NCBI GenBank assembly: GCA_009103225.1
Contig: RHPI01001327.1
Location: forward strand, 282,666 to 346,665
Origin: Chlorokybus atmophyticus
Taxonomy: Eukaryota; Plantae; Mesostigma and Chlorokybus algae
Direction: 5' to 3'
DNA length: 64,000 bases
The translations under genes and the position numbers were made by a program. Below are positions 17,087 to 28,740 of the stretch, piece after piece (positions within the stretch are counted from its first letter, which is position 1; every line of letters begins with the position of its first letter). The notes beneath the pieces were generated by a model. That model had not been told where the DNA came from. It saw only the letters and a program-made list of their open reading frames with translations, and searched no databases.

Positions 17087-18880
17087 TCACTCTTCCACCG
17101 CGACAAGCCACATGAGGAACCACTCAGCGATGTCAAGAGGAAGTAGTAGCAGGCTCAAAGGGAACGGAAGGCCAAAGCCGTTGGAAATCTGCTGATAAAA
17201 GCCAAACAGGGCAAAGGCGCCGGCAATGCCAATGAATGTGATCGATGACTCGTTGATGTCCGAAACTCCATCATTGTCAAAGTCTATGAACTTGCCTCTG
17301 CGTGCACAGTACTCAAGCAGGGCCTGTCAAACGTTTTGCAGATGTCAGCAATGCACTCTCTGTATCTGGTGCACGTCACACCTGTAGCCTCAGACAAGCT
17401 ACTGTTGCAAAGGGGCTGATATTGTCAATGGCACAACAGTGCGGTGTAGCGCAGCATTGGCTGTGGTTGGTTGTGCACAAAGATTCCATGCTATGTTAAC
17501 ATGACTGTCTTATGGAAACGGATGTGACAACAAATTGAGACCCACCTTGGTAAACATATGGGCGCCACGCAGAGCTGAGTGGAAGGAGCTGATGATGCGT
17601 TGGATAAACCAGGCAAGGCTGACACCAGCCAACTTGCAAGCGTAGTGCAGAAGCACTGGCACCCACTTTGCATACTCCCGCGGGACGAGCTGCGCATGAT
17701 GTAGCCACGTTGTAGAATGCCATCTCTCAACAAAACTGGCAAACCATGCCAACATGCAGTGTCATGACCATATGTTCAAATCGGCGACTGTCAAAGAACT
17801 TGCCGGCAGAATGGCTGGGCCCAGCACTCTATTCACAGCAGCAAAGCATATGTCGCCAATGGACGTCCCCAAAGCTATTGTCTTTGCAAAGCGTATGCGC
17901 AAGGCAGCCACTACTGCCATCAACCCTGTCCCATGCAGAGTGCTCCTGTGAGCACAACTGCAGCAGCTTGACAGCTTTGCATAGAAGTTCCGAAGTTGCT
18001 AAAATGCTATGTCATGTACCTGCATAGAGGGCTCCAATTGCTGTGGAAAGCCGGTTGGGGTCTACAGACTTCAGCGCGAGCGCAATCTTGCGGCGAGCCC
18101 ATTCTTCGTTGCTGATCTGAAGGACGTCAGCGATGCCATCTCGATTGGCATCCACCTAAACAGACGTGTCTGGCCTTCAGCAAGGCACTGAGAGGTGACA
18201 CAAGGTTGAAGTTCAATTGCAGTGCTGACCTTATCATCTTTATGCGATGCTGCCTGAGCCAACTTGAAGTTGTGCACCATATCTTGCAAAGCCTGCAATG
18301 CAACGGCAACAGCATATTATACATTTAACATCAACATGCATGTTGACCTGACAACTGCTGATCTCAGCATGTTCTCCAGTCTCCTACATTTCACTTGGAC
18401 TGGCAAGCAGAGTGTTATAGCATGGTCAGTGTCATGGCAGTCAAGTACCGTTTGTGTGGATGACCAGCCAACTATCCTGTAAGCTTCCACGGCAGCAATC
18501 AGTGTCAAGAACCTCCCGCCAAAGAACACCATGACCAGACCGAAGATCATGGGCAGCCATTCCTCGGGATGGTACGGCTGCAGCTTCGCATAGACGGCAA
18601 GGCTCGCCCGCCACACAGCAGCAACTGAAGGTTAAACAGCAATTTCAAGTAATCTGAAGATTGAGCAGCAATAGGCTTCTCTGCAGCAAATAACAAGCAA
18701 TGCAATATTGAGTGGCTGAAACCCTAGCCCCTGCATGCACATGCAGGCACCTGCAGGGACGACCGCCCTGAGAGCGCCCACGGCGCTGAGAGCTACGGGA
18801 GTGGCTGACGCAAGTACGCCTGTCAAAGCAGACGAAGACACGGACGGCTGCCCCGAGCGGGCGGTGCCGGCCGCCGCCAT
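17087..18880 (-). CDS. Multi-pass membrane protein of unknown function with two DxD/NxDG loops
   Basis: Consistent GT-AG exon chain: WLPMIFGLVMVFFGGRFLTLIAAVEAYR, DDK|VDANRDGIADVLQI, LMAVVAALRIRFAKTIALGTSIG, WVPVLLHYACKLAGVSLAWFIQRIISSFHSALRGA, IDFDNDGVSDINE...GFYQQISNGFGLPFPLSLLLLPLDIAEWFLMWLVAVEE*. Confidence 0.8.
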
Positions 18881-20136
18881 TGCCTCCAACCAAGACCACG
18901 ACTACGACACCTACGTCCCACTCTGGTGCTGTCAACGCCGCAGTATTGTTGAAGGCACGTGAAAGCAGCAGCGCACGACATGGAGCCTAACCTATGTCGT
19001 ATCATTGGGGGGCACCGAAATGCAAAATTGGAACCCTTTTGTCTACGAAGACCCGCGGAGTCACCGGGCGGCCGGCGCCCCCGCCGTCGGCCCGGCTCCG
19101 GTTAACCGTGGTGTCGGCGGCTGACGCCCGTTGCGCCGACGCTGGGGCGGTGGTGTTGGCGGGCGGGCGGGAAGGCGGCGAACTCCTTGCCGCCTGCGCC
19201 CGGCAAGCAGCGGAGCGAGAGCGGCGGAGGGCAGGGTGGTGTGAGCGGGCGGAAAGGCGAGCTTCCCGCCGTTCACTCGCAGCAATAGACGGCGGCGCAG
19301 GGCAGGTTGGTGTGGGTAGGCGGGAGACAGCCGGGCAGGAGCGAAGTAGAGGGGCGGGAGCGAAAAGCAGCCGGTTTCTCATATGTAGGTTGGTATCATA
19401 CCTGTTGCTTGGTCTTGTGAGCAGGCGCTAAAGTCGCAGGGTTGTGCTTTGTGCAGGCTGTGTATTTTTGTCGTATGGTTGTCTTGTTAGCAATCGATGA
19501 AGTCGCAGGGTTTGTGCTTTATGTAGGCTTGCTACTTTGTTTCGTTGGTAATAGCTTCATTGTTGACATATTAAATGGCTTGACTTATTGCAATGCTTTA
19601 AGATTGTGTGCATGACTGGCTAACGCATACACTCAGACTGCATGCAGCAGTGCACATGATCGGGGACTGAATAGTTACAGGATTTGTACAAACTGTTGGC
19701 GCGCACACGCACACACACTGCATGCAGTTGTACGAGTGTAAGAGTGTGTACATGACAGGCGACAGTTGTAGGGTTTGCTGTATGTGTAGGCACACGCATG
19801 CCCTCACACCCACACACGCGCACGCACACACATCATGCCACACACATTCACGCACACACCCAGCAGACACCAATTTCGACCGAATTAGTGCACTTGTGAA
19901 CTACTGGAACTATGCAGGCGCACATGCAAACGCACATGCACATGCACACACGCACAGTGCACGCAATAGTTATATGAGTGCAAGAGTGCGACAATTGCAG
20001 GGTTTCTTGTATGTGTATGCACGAACGTGCACCCAGCAAGCAGTATGCACGTGCACGCACCTAGCAAACAGCTGCCCAATTATACCACTTGTATCTCGAC
20101 TTCAGGCATGATATTCAATGTGGCACATGCACATGC

Positions 20137-20880
20137 TCAACTCTCAACTGAATCAAGGCATGCCTCCTTTTCTACTTCATCATCGTCCGGAGCTTTGCGC
20201 TTGCTGGAACGTTGCGCGTGCAGCTGTGTGATCGACATTGCTTTTCCTAAACGGTGTTGTGCTGGGTCATTCCTGTGAGCATCAAGTTGCGATGCTGCAT
20301 CCTCGGAAATGTGAAGGTCCTTGGCCGTCTTCATTACGTGCTGATATGTGATGTTGCGCTTGTCAAAAGCTTCGCCATGGCGCGGTCTCCCAACCACCAC
20401 GCAGTCTTATACAATTGCACAAGCTCTCTAGCTGCTGGCCCACCATCCAAGCCAGATGTGTATTCCGTCCAGATGTCTATCACAGTAGACAACTCCTTCT
20501 GCAACTAATACCTTGGTGGAACGTCGCGTGCACTCTGAGCTTCAGGAGGTTGTCGCGATGTTGTTTGACGATGTGCATCTCTTGTAGACGCTGCAACAGA
20601 GGGTACGCCATTGCATGCTGAGCTGTCCGAAACGAATTGCACTCCCTGCTGTGTGAATCCTCCACAGATCATACGCTCCATGCGAGCAAGTTAGCATCCA
20701 CATATGCCTCAAAGGCAATTAGCATCTGCTGCTGCGCTGTTACATCGTGCATCACCATCTGCAATAGCCGCTTTTGCTGTCGCATGATGACGGCAATCTT
20801 GACAAGAGTCAATATCAACATATGTTGATTCATACATACATGCATGCTATCAATTGTGTATAAACAGTTTGACACAATAG
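20137..20880 (-). pseudogene. CryptonF-type relic: coiled coil plus GCR1_C-like domain, frameshifted
   Basis: The reverse strand reads ELSTVIDIWTEYTSGLDGGPAARELVQLYKTAW..., then after a frameshift FDKRNITYQHVMKTAKDLHISEDAASQLDAHR. This aligns by eye with the GCR1-like domain at 59836-60080 (ATVVDVWTEYVRGIDGGPAVQELDRKFGSAW...KRNVLY...ISEDDAARSLD). Confidence 0.75.
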
Positions 20881-21746
20881 AATACATATTTATGAACAGA
20901 TACACATCATACATCTCGGAAACTTACCCGGGACTGCGGCCATTTCACCGTCGTTAATGGTAGTCAATATCATGTGTTGCATGTCAGGCTTGGGCCAGCC
21001 CTTGTTGCCTACTGACGGTTGCTGCTTGTAACACCTGTAACTTACGCATAATCATCACATATATGATGTTATATACGTACGGCTAACATGCGCTTTGATT
21101 ATTTTCTCATACGTTTTGTTAAAAACGAACGTTTATGATATGCTATGTACAATTATGATATAATTCAAATCTGATAAAAGCGCATTACAGAAATACGTGT
21201 TTATCAAGCAAACTACTGTAAATTATTGCTACATAAGCGTATTATTATCAACATAGATGATACATCGTGTTACAACATCGTACAATAATAAAGATCACAA
21301 TGTATTATAATGGTTCAACCGAATTCTCAAGGACTGTCAATTATTGCAAAGATTAAAAGCCACATCAATGTTGATGTGACTATTTTGATAAACACTTGTA
21401 TACTTGCACCATAATACCAATTTAAACCTGCCACCCATAGTCATACATGATCACACTTTTTGCCTTGCTTGTCTTGTGCAAATAGCACCAGGTATCGGTA
21501 ATAACACTGTTGCTGGGGCGTAGGCATCTTGGCGCAGATTCTTGCAGCCGGGGTCTGCTCCGCTCTTACCAAACCGCGGCATTGCAGCCGATTCAGACCT
21601 TGAACCTGGTACCAACAGCAGCCGACTTAAGACCCGACACCAGCGCAACAGCGTCGGCGAAGGATGCCCGCCTGCTAAAAAGCAGCGCGGATCGCAGTGC
21701 GCTACGCACGGACGAGAAAGCGCCGCGCATACTGCAAAGCCTCGGC

Positions 21747-21754
21747 TAGGGTTT
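21747..21754 (-). promoter_or_regulatory. Telo-box (AAACCCTA on the minus strand) about 140 bp upstream of the eEF2 ATG
   Basis: TAGGGTTT lies in the GC-rich 5' region of a translation-factor gene. Confidence 0.45.
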
Positions 21755-21891
21755 TGTGTTGGCCCTCTTGCGCGGCGCCGGTGTTGGCGTAAGCGGCGGC
21801 AGCGGCGGTGGTGTTGAGGGTGGCGGTGTCCCCCTCGTTTGCTCTGTCCTGTACATCGCCTTGGCGGCGCGGGTGACAGAGGGTCGTCAAG

Positions 21892-24800
21892 ATGGTAAGA
21901 AGTTTCGTTGTGTGCAGTATGCTGCGCGTACAGCTGCCAGCTGTACGCGCCGGTTTGCATGCTGCTTAGATGTCATCGGGTTGCCAACAAGTTGCTGGGG
22001 TAGTTGTTGTCCAGATGGAAGGATGCACGTAATTGCTTGTTTGATGGTACCTCGGGTTCGGAATGACGTGCGTTTTGCTGTGGAAGCTATGTGCTTTGCA
22101 GATATGGGCTTTCATGCGGTTTCTTGGGTCGCTCTCTGGGTTTGCGTTTGGGCGCTATGGTCTTCCAGAGCTGTGGTTCGCAGCTTCATACCGTTCGTTG
22201 TTGGTACGGTTGCTTATGCGATGGCTGTGCGAACAGGTCAAGTTTACGATCGAGGAGATTCGCGGTATCATGGACAAGCAGAACAACATCCGTAACATGT
22301 CTGTGATTGCCCATGTCGACCACGGTGAGTTGCCCGCTTACTGTGTCTAGGATGCGTGCTGATGCTCATATGTAGCAACGTAAAGGCAGTCAATATCATT
22401 GTTAGGGTTAGCACCGCTAGTTGCTGTGCGACTGCAGGTCGGCAGGTAAAGCCGCTGAGCTATGGTTGTGCTGCAGGCAAGTCAACACTGACAGATTCAC
22501 TGGTGGCCTCTGCTGGTATCATTGCTGTGGAGTCTGCTGGCGATGTCCGCCTTACAGATACCCGTCAGGATGAGCAGGATCGCGGTATCACTATCAAGTC
22601 TACCGGTATCTCCTTGTACTACCAAATGAGCGAGGCTTCTCTTGAGGTGTGTTTAGTTCCGGAATGCTTGTCATATGAAGGCAACATTGATGCTCAACCG
22701 CATCAATTTGGTAGGGGCTGGAAGGTACTCGTCAAGGCAACGACTTCCTCATTAACCTGATTGACTCTCCTGGGCATGTCGACTTCTCTTCAGAGGTGAC
22801 GGCTGCCCTGCGTATTACTGATGGTGCGTTGGTGGTGGTGGACTGCGTGGAGGGAGTGTGTGTGCAGACAGAGACAGTGCTTCGCCAAGCGCTTGGTGAA
22901 CGTATTAGGCCTGTAAGTTTTGTTACTCAATAGATGCCTTATTTGTATTCACCATTGCTGTTGCAACCTTGCTAACCTCTGTGAGTGAACAGGTGTTGAC
23001 TGTGAACAAGCTGGATCGTTGTTTCCTTGAGCTTCAGCTTGAGGCCGAGGAGGCTTACTTGACCTATCAGCGTGTGATTGAGAATGCCAATGTCATCATT
23101 GCCACCTATGAAGACAAGCTGCTTGGTGATGTGCAGGTAAGAGTTCCAAGCTTATCTACTGCCCTGTTTGTCATGTCCGGTACCCGTGACTATGACGCCG
23201 TAATTGTCTCTCACAAACGCAGTTGATTTAGTGCCCTGTTTGTGGCAGGTTTACCCTGAGAAGGGTACTGTCTCTTTCTCAGCCGGCCTGCACGGTTGGG
23301 CCTTCACACTGACTTCCTTTGCCAAGATGTATGCTGACAAGTTCGGCATTGATGTCAAGAAAATGATGGAGAAGCTGTGGGGTGACAACTTCTTTGATCC
23401 TGCCACCAAGAAGTGGACAAAGAAGTCAACTGGCACGGCCACCTGCAAGCGTGGTTTCTGTCAGTTTGTTTATGAGCCCATTCGTGTTGTGATCGATGCT
23501 GCCATGAACGATCAGCGCGACAAGCTATTCGCTATGCTTGGAAAGCTGGGCGTTGACAAGAAGCTGAAGCCGGAAGACAAGCAGCTCATGGGCAAACCAC
23601 TGATGAAGCGTGTCATGCAATGCTGGCTGCCGGCTAACGAGGCACTGCTGGAGATGATGATTCATCACCTCCCCTCCCCGGCAAAGGCACAGAAGTACCG
23701 TGTGGAGAACTTGTACGAGGGTCCGTTGGACGACAAGTACGCACAGGCCATCCGGTCTTGTGACCCTGAAGGGCCTCTCATGATGTATGTGTCGAAGATG
23801 ATTCCTGCCGCAGACAAGGGTCGGTTCTTTGCCTTCGGGCGCGTCTTCGCCGGCAAAATCTCCACTGGCATGAAGGTCCGCATTATGGGCCCCAACTATA
23901 TCCCCGGCCAGAAGAAGGATCTGTACAACAAGAGTGTCCAGCGCACTGTGCTGTGCATGGGCAGGCGACAGGAGTCCGTGGAGGATGTGCCTTGTGGCAA
24001 CACAGTCGCACTTGTTGGTCTGGACCAGTTCATTACCAAGAATGCCACCCTCACTGGCGAGAAGGAAGTGGACGCTCACCCTATCAAGGCCATGAAGTTC
24101 TCTGTCTCCCCTGTCGTGCGTGTCGCTGTTGAGTGCAAGGTGGCCTCCGATTTGCCCAAGCTGGTGGAAGGTCTGAAGCGGCTTGCCAAGTCGGACCCTA
24201 TGGTTCTCTGCAGCATTGAGGAGACTGGCGAGCACATTATTGCTGGAGCTGGCGAGCTTCACTTGGAAATTTGCCTCAAGGATCTGCAGGACGACTTCAT
24301 GGGTGGTGCCGAGATTCGGGTTTCTGACCCCGTCGTGTCGTTCCGCGAGACTGTTGCTGACAAGTCAGATCACACCTGCATGTCCAAGTCGCCAAACAAG
24401 CACAACAGGTTGTACTTTGAGGCTCGCCCTCTTGAGGAGGGTCTTGCTGAGGCGATTGATGAAGGCCGCATTGGCCCACGCGATGAGCCCAAGGCTCGCG
24501 GAAAGATTCTCACTGAGGAGTTTGGCTGGGATAAGGAAGTTGCGCGCAAGATCTGGTGCTTTGGCCCTGACACTACGGGACCCAACCTGGTGGTGGACAT
24601 GTGTAAGGGAGTGCAGTATCTGAATGAAATCCAAGACTCCATTGTTGCCGCATTCCAGTGGGCAACCAAGGAGGGCGTGCTTTGCGAGGAGAATATGCGC
24701 GGCATTGCCTTTGAAGTGTGCGACGTGGTGCTGCACACAGATGCTATCCATCGTGGTGGTGGCCAGATTATCCCAACTGCCCGCCGCGTGTTCTATGCTT

Positions 24801-25183
24801 GCCAGCTTACCGCCCGCCCTCGTCTGCTCGAGCCCGTGTACCTTGTGGAAATCCAGGCACCTGAGAACGCCTTGGGCGGTATCTATGGTGTCCTGAATCA
24901 AAAGCGTGGCCATGTATTTGAGGAAATGCAGCGTCCCGGCACCCCCATCTACAACATCAAGGCATACCTGCCTGTCACAGAGTCTTTTGGCTTCACAAGC
25001 ACCCTGCGCGCTGCGACATCAGGACAGGCCTTCCCCCAGTGTGTGTTCGATCACTGGGACGTGATGAACAGCGATCCCCTTGATTCAACAACCACCTCCG
25101 GTCAGCTGGTGCTGGATGTGCGCAAGCGCAAGGGCATCAAGCCAACGGTACAGCCCCTCGCTGAGTATGAGGACAAGTTGTAA
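21892..25183 (+). CDS. EEF2: Eukaryotic translation elongation factor 2
   Basis: ATG|intron|[21 protein letters not shown]|[16 protein letters not shown]-type motif (DRGITIKS), [30 protein letters not shown], and the diphthamide loop [13 protein letters not shown]. The long last exon ends EYEDKL*. Confidence 0.99.
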
Positions 25184-25649
25184 GCTGGGCATCTTGGACA
25201 TTTTGTCACTCGTAGGGCTGTGTATTGCATATTACAGTTGGAACAATGACCATGGCGCAGCTAGTAGGGCTTATTAGTAGCGCAGGTGGCACGCATCTAT
25301 AGCATGATTTTCCTGTTGTTTGTTTATACTGGTACAGTGGGTTGCGTTGTTGCTGTCCATGTGTGCCAGTGCTGTGCTCTTGTACTGGTTGATCATTTGC
25401 GTGTTGCTTGCGCAGAGGTTGTCTGCTTCCCATTTCACAACTCTATCTGCAGAATGTTTGCGCCTGCTCTGTGTGGCAGTCTGGCCAGTGCCTGCCTGGC
25501 TGGGCGGATTCATCAAGGACTGTCTTAAAATGCGCTGGCAGACTTCACGCAGAATGTAGCTCTGGGGCCGTACGCGCAGTTAATAAGTCTTAGAGCATGT
25601 CTTTTTCGTTGGCTGCATTTCGTTCATTGAGATAGATCACTCTGTGCGA

Positions 25650-26097
25650 ACCATGAAGGTTTATTTTCTAGGGATGAGCTGCGTACATAAAACCAATGCA
25701 GTGTGCAGAAACTCTCCAAGACTATTCTACACATGCAATAATTGACTTGCACGCATGCAACATGTTGAGCACCAACTTGCGCCTTTTGTCTGGTAAGCTC
25801 GGTTGCATACTGTGCGTTGCTGCGATGTGAATGTATACAGAAAATGCGCAACACGTATGCACATGCACGATTGTGCTCACCATGAAGGCTATTATTCTAG
25901 GGATGAGTTGTGTACGTAAAACCAATGCAGTGTGCGGAAACTCTCCAGGACTATTCTACACATGCAATAATTGCCTTGCACGCGTGCAACATGTTGAGCA
26001 CCAACTTGCGCCTTTTATCTGGTAAGCTCGGTTGCATACTGTGCGTTGCTGCGACGTGAATGTGTACAGAAAATGCGCAACACGTATGCACATGCAT
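25650..26097. repeat. Tandem direct duplication with a unit of about 229 bp, 2 copies
   Basis: ACCATGAAGG...CACGTATGCACATGCA occurs at 25650 and again at 25879 with scattered substitutions. Confidence 0.9.
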
Positions 26098-28740
26098 GAC
26101 ACATGCAATGGACTCAGCATGACCACATTGTGTTTGTTATTAGCATTACTCATAATAGTTCAATCACTGTTGCAGCCAACCATGTCTCGAGGGCAATTGA
26201 GCAAATTTTAAATTGATACTGTGCATCGACCGTTTTATAGCGCCATCATTTTAAGTTGATACGGTTGGTTGCAACCGGCAATAATATGTGCTATATCATG
26301 TGCACATACTTGAAGTGATCGGAGCTGTTGTTCACGCAAGGCTTGGCCCGCATTCATGCATGCAGACTGTGCATGTTCTTAAATGCTTTTAGGCTGCTTG
26401 GCATTTTCGCTTGCGTACAGCAATGTCATGAGCTATCAATGTTTCGTAAATAAACTTGAATATCATTAACACATCAACAACAACATTGAGCAATGGTTTT
26501 ATGAATGTGTCAATGAGCTCCAGAATGTTATAGTAATTGCGAGATCTTTATTAATTTTGGGAAGTGTTTTGCATACTCAACATGGTGCAGTTCTCCAATC
26601 ATTGAATTGTTAGCAATGCGCATGCATGGTTAAATTCAATACAAAATGATTACAACATGCATTGATAGCAATTTTAAATAATATTCGTATTTAAAACAGC
26701 AGTGGCAGTAAAGATACCAACATTGATACATGCATGACTAACGAGGTCATTTTATTGCTAGAGTTGGTGGCAGGATGGTAGTAGCCCTGGTGGTCACGCA
26801 TATGGAAAAGAAAAAGGCCCTCCGTCGCATCAACAGCAACACGCACAATTGTGTCAGAAGCCATGTGAAGACCCAAATCTAGTTTTGGAACATATAAGAA
26901 TTCCAGATGAGGTGCAAAAGTAAAATTGAGGCTTGAAGAACGGCAAGGTTGTCACGCCTATAGGTTGGCGAAAGTCATTCTCTGTTTCTTACTTATGTCA
27001 ATATGAAGGACTAAGTTGAGATTCCGGATGTCAAGTTGTGTAGTGCTTCGCAGGTGTATTCATGCGGTCGTGCTCATGTTTCTTTATGAGTCGTGGGCAC
27101 AATATACTACACAAGGCATTTATGCGAGGCTAGCATAGAGCATAGAGATGGTCAATGCCTATGGCATGTGAGCCTTTATTATTGCGAGTATTGCAAGTTG
27201 CCACCAGAAGTGGCGGTTACAAGATTTTGATCCAAGCTGGCAAACCACATGATGTGTACTGTGGAAGTGTGATTTGCCACATGTGTAACAGTTGCAAGGC
27301 AAGTAGTGCCTGTGGGCAATCCGCAAGTACATGTGTAGTATGAGAGCCTGAGGTTGAGATTCCGAGGTTGAATTGTTACTTGTGGACCCGAGGTGGTTTG
27401 ATACTCCCGAGGTGGAGTTTTTTGGTTCCGATGTTGGAACAAGGTCAGCGCATAGTGACAAGGCTTAGGTGGCCTTGGACATCCTGTGTCAGGTCGGGAC
27501 AGCAATATGTGGTATATATGATGAGTTGCATCTTTGGGTGGGGATCCGATTGGTAGTGACAACAGTGTGTGGGGTGCTTGGTTGTTAGTTGAAGGGGCTC
27601 TCCCCCTAATCCCTTGTGGGGTGCGGTGTTGTGGTTGGGGTGGTGCACGTGGGTGTGTTGGGCGTGCGTGTGTGCCTGGGGCTTGAGTTGCGTGAGCGGT
27701 AGGTGGTCATCCTCTCCCCCCTTTCTGCGCTGCTGCAACTTCCCCTGCACCATGGTGCTGGTAGGACTTCCGCTGCAAGTTCTTGGTGCTTGTGCATAAC
27801 TTTGCCAAGCCCCGATCAGCAAGTAAGTACTGGTATCATTGCAAAGGTGATAAGTTAGGTAATGATGCATGCAAAATACGATTTTAATTATTATTAATAC
27901 CATCACCATGCTTATTTAGCCGCCCCGCGTGTTTTCCCTCATTTCCCCACTGTAAACTGCCCGAAGCAACAGATGCTGCAAGGAAAGTTATCTGTGCAGT
28001 ATCTGCCAGCTGGTCTTCATGCGCCATGTGTAGGCGTGAGGTGAGAGCTGAGACAGCGTAGTAGTATGGATTGCATGAGCATGCACAATGTGTGTGTGTC
28101 GATTTATGTGCATGTCGTGCTTGCAACATGATCGATGTGTGCAAAGCACTCGGTGCATGCTATATTGGCATTTCAGATAAATGCACACAGCTTTGCATGA
28201 CATTGTTGCAAGGCAGCTTTAACTTTGTAAATCTTGCGTTAATATCTCTTCTTTGTTGATATATGCTGTGAGTGGCATAGTGCCACGTCTTCACCCATTG
28301 TAGCTACTACTCTAGCTATCATTGATAATTACCAATTTACTTCATTCTGCACAGAATGAGAGTTAAGTGCTCGATGACTCCAAATCCTTGTTGCCAGCTG
28401 CTGCTTGCATCAACATCTCACCCGTCACCCGTTTACCGTCTTACGGCCGTCACTTAAAGTCGCCAGAACAAAAAGGGCCCAACAAATATCGCGAACAGCC
28501 GCTTTTCCGGCACTTTCCAGCTGGGCACGAGTTGCGGTACGATCGCTGGTCATCAGCAGCGATCAATCGACCGACCGATTATCGAGTGTTTTGGGCCAAA
28601 ACGTTTCAGTGGGTTTGCTAGGCGGCTCGGACAGCCTGTGAAGAGTCCCAGACTGAACTTGGCCGCAGGCATAAGCATTAGCCTAGTGTACACAACTCAG
28701 CTAAGGCAGAGACGGCGGCGAAGTGTCGGTGTTGGTCAAC

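Noticed and set aside
18994-19431. GC-rich ORFs on both strands
   Set aside because: Low-complexity open frames expected from GC content. The region is more likely promoter or TE-terminal DNA.
23251-24913. Long antisense or alternate-frame ORFs over eEF2, the golgin and 50624-51262
   Set aside because: They are shadow ORFs of real coding exons on the other strand or frame.
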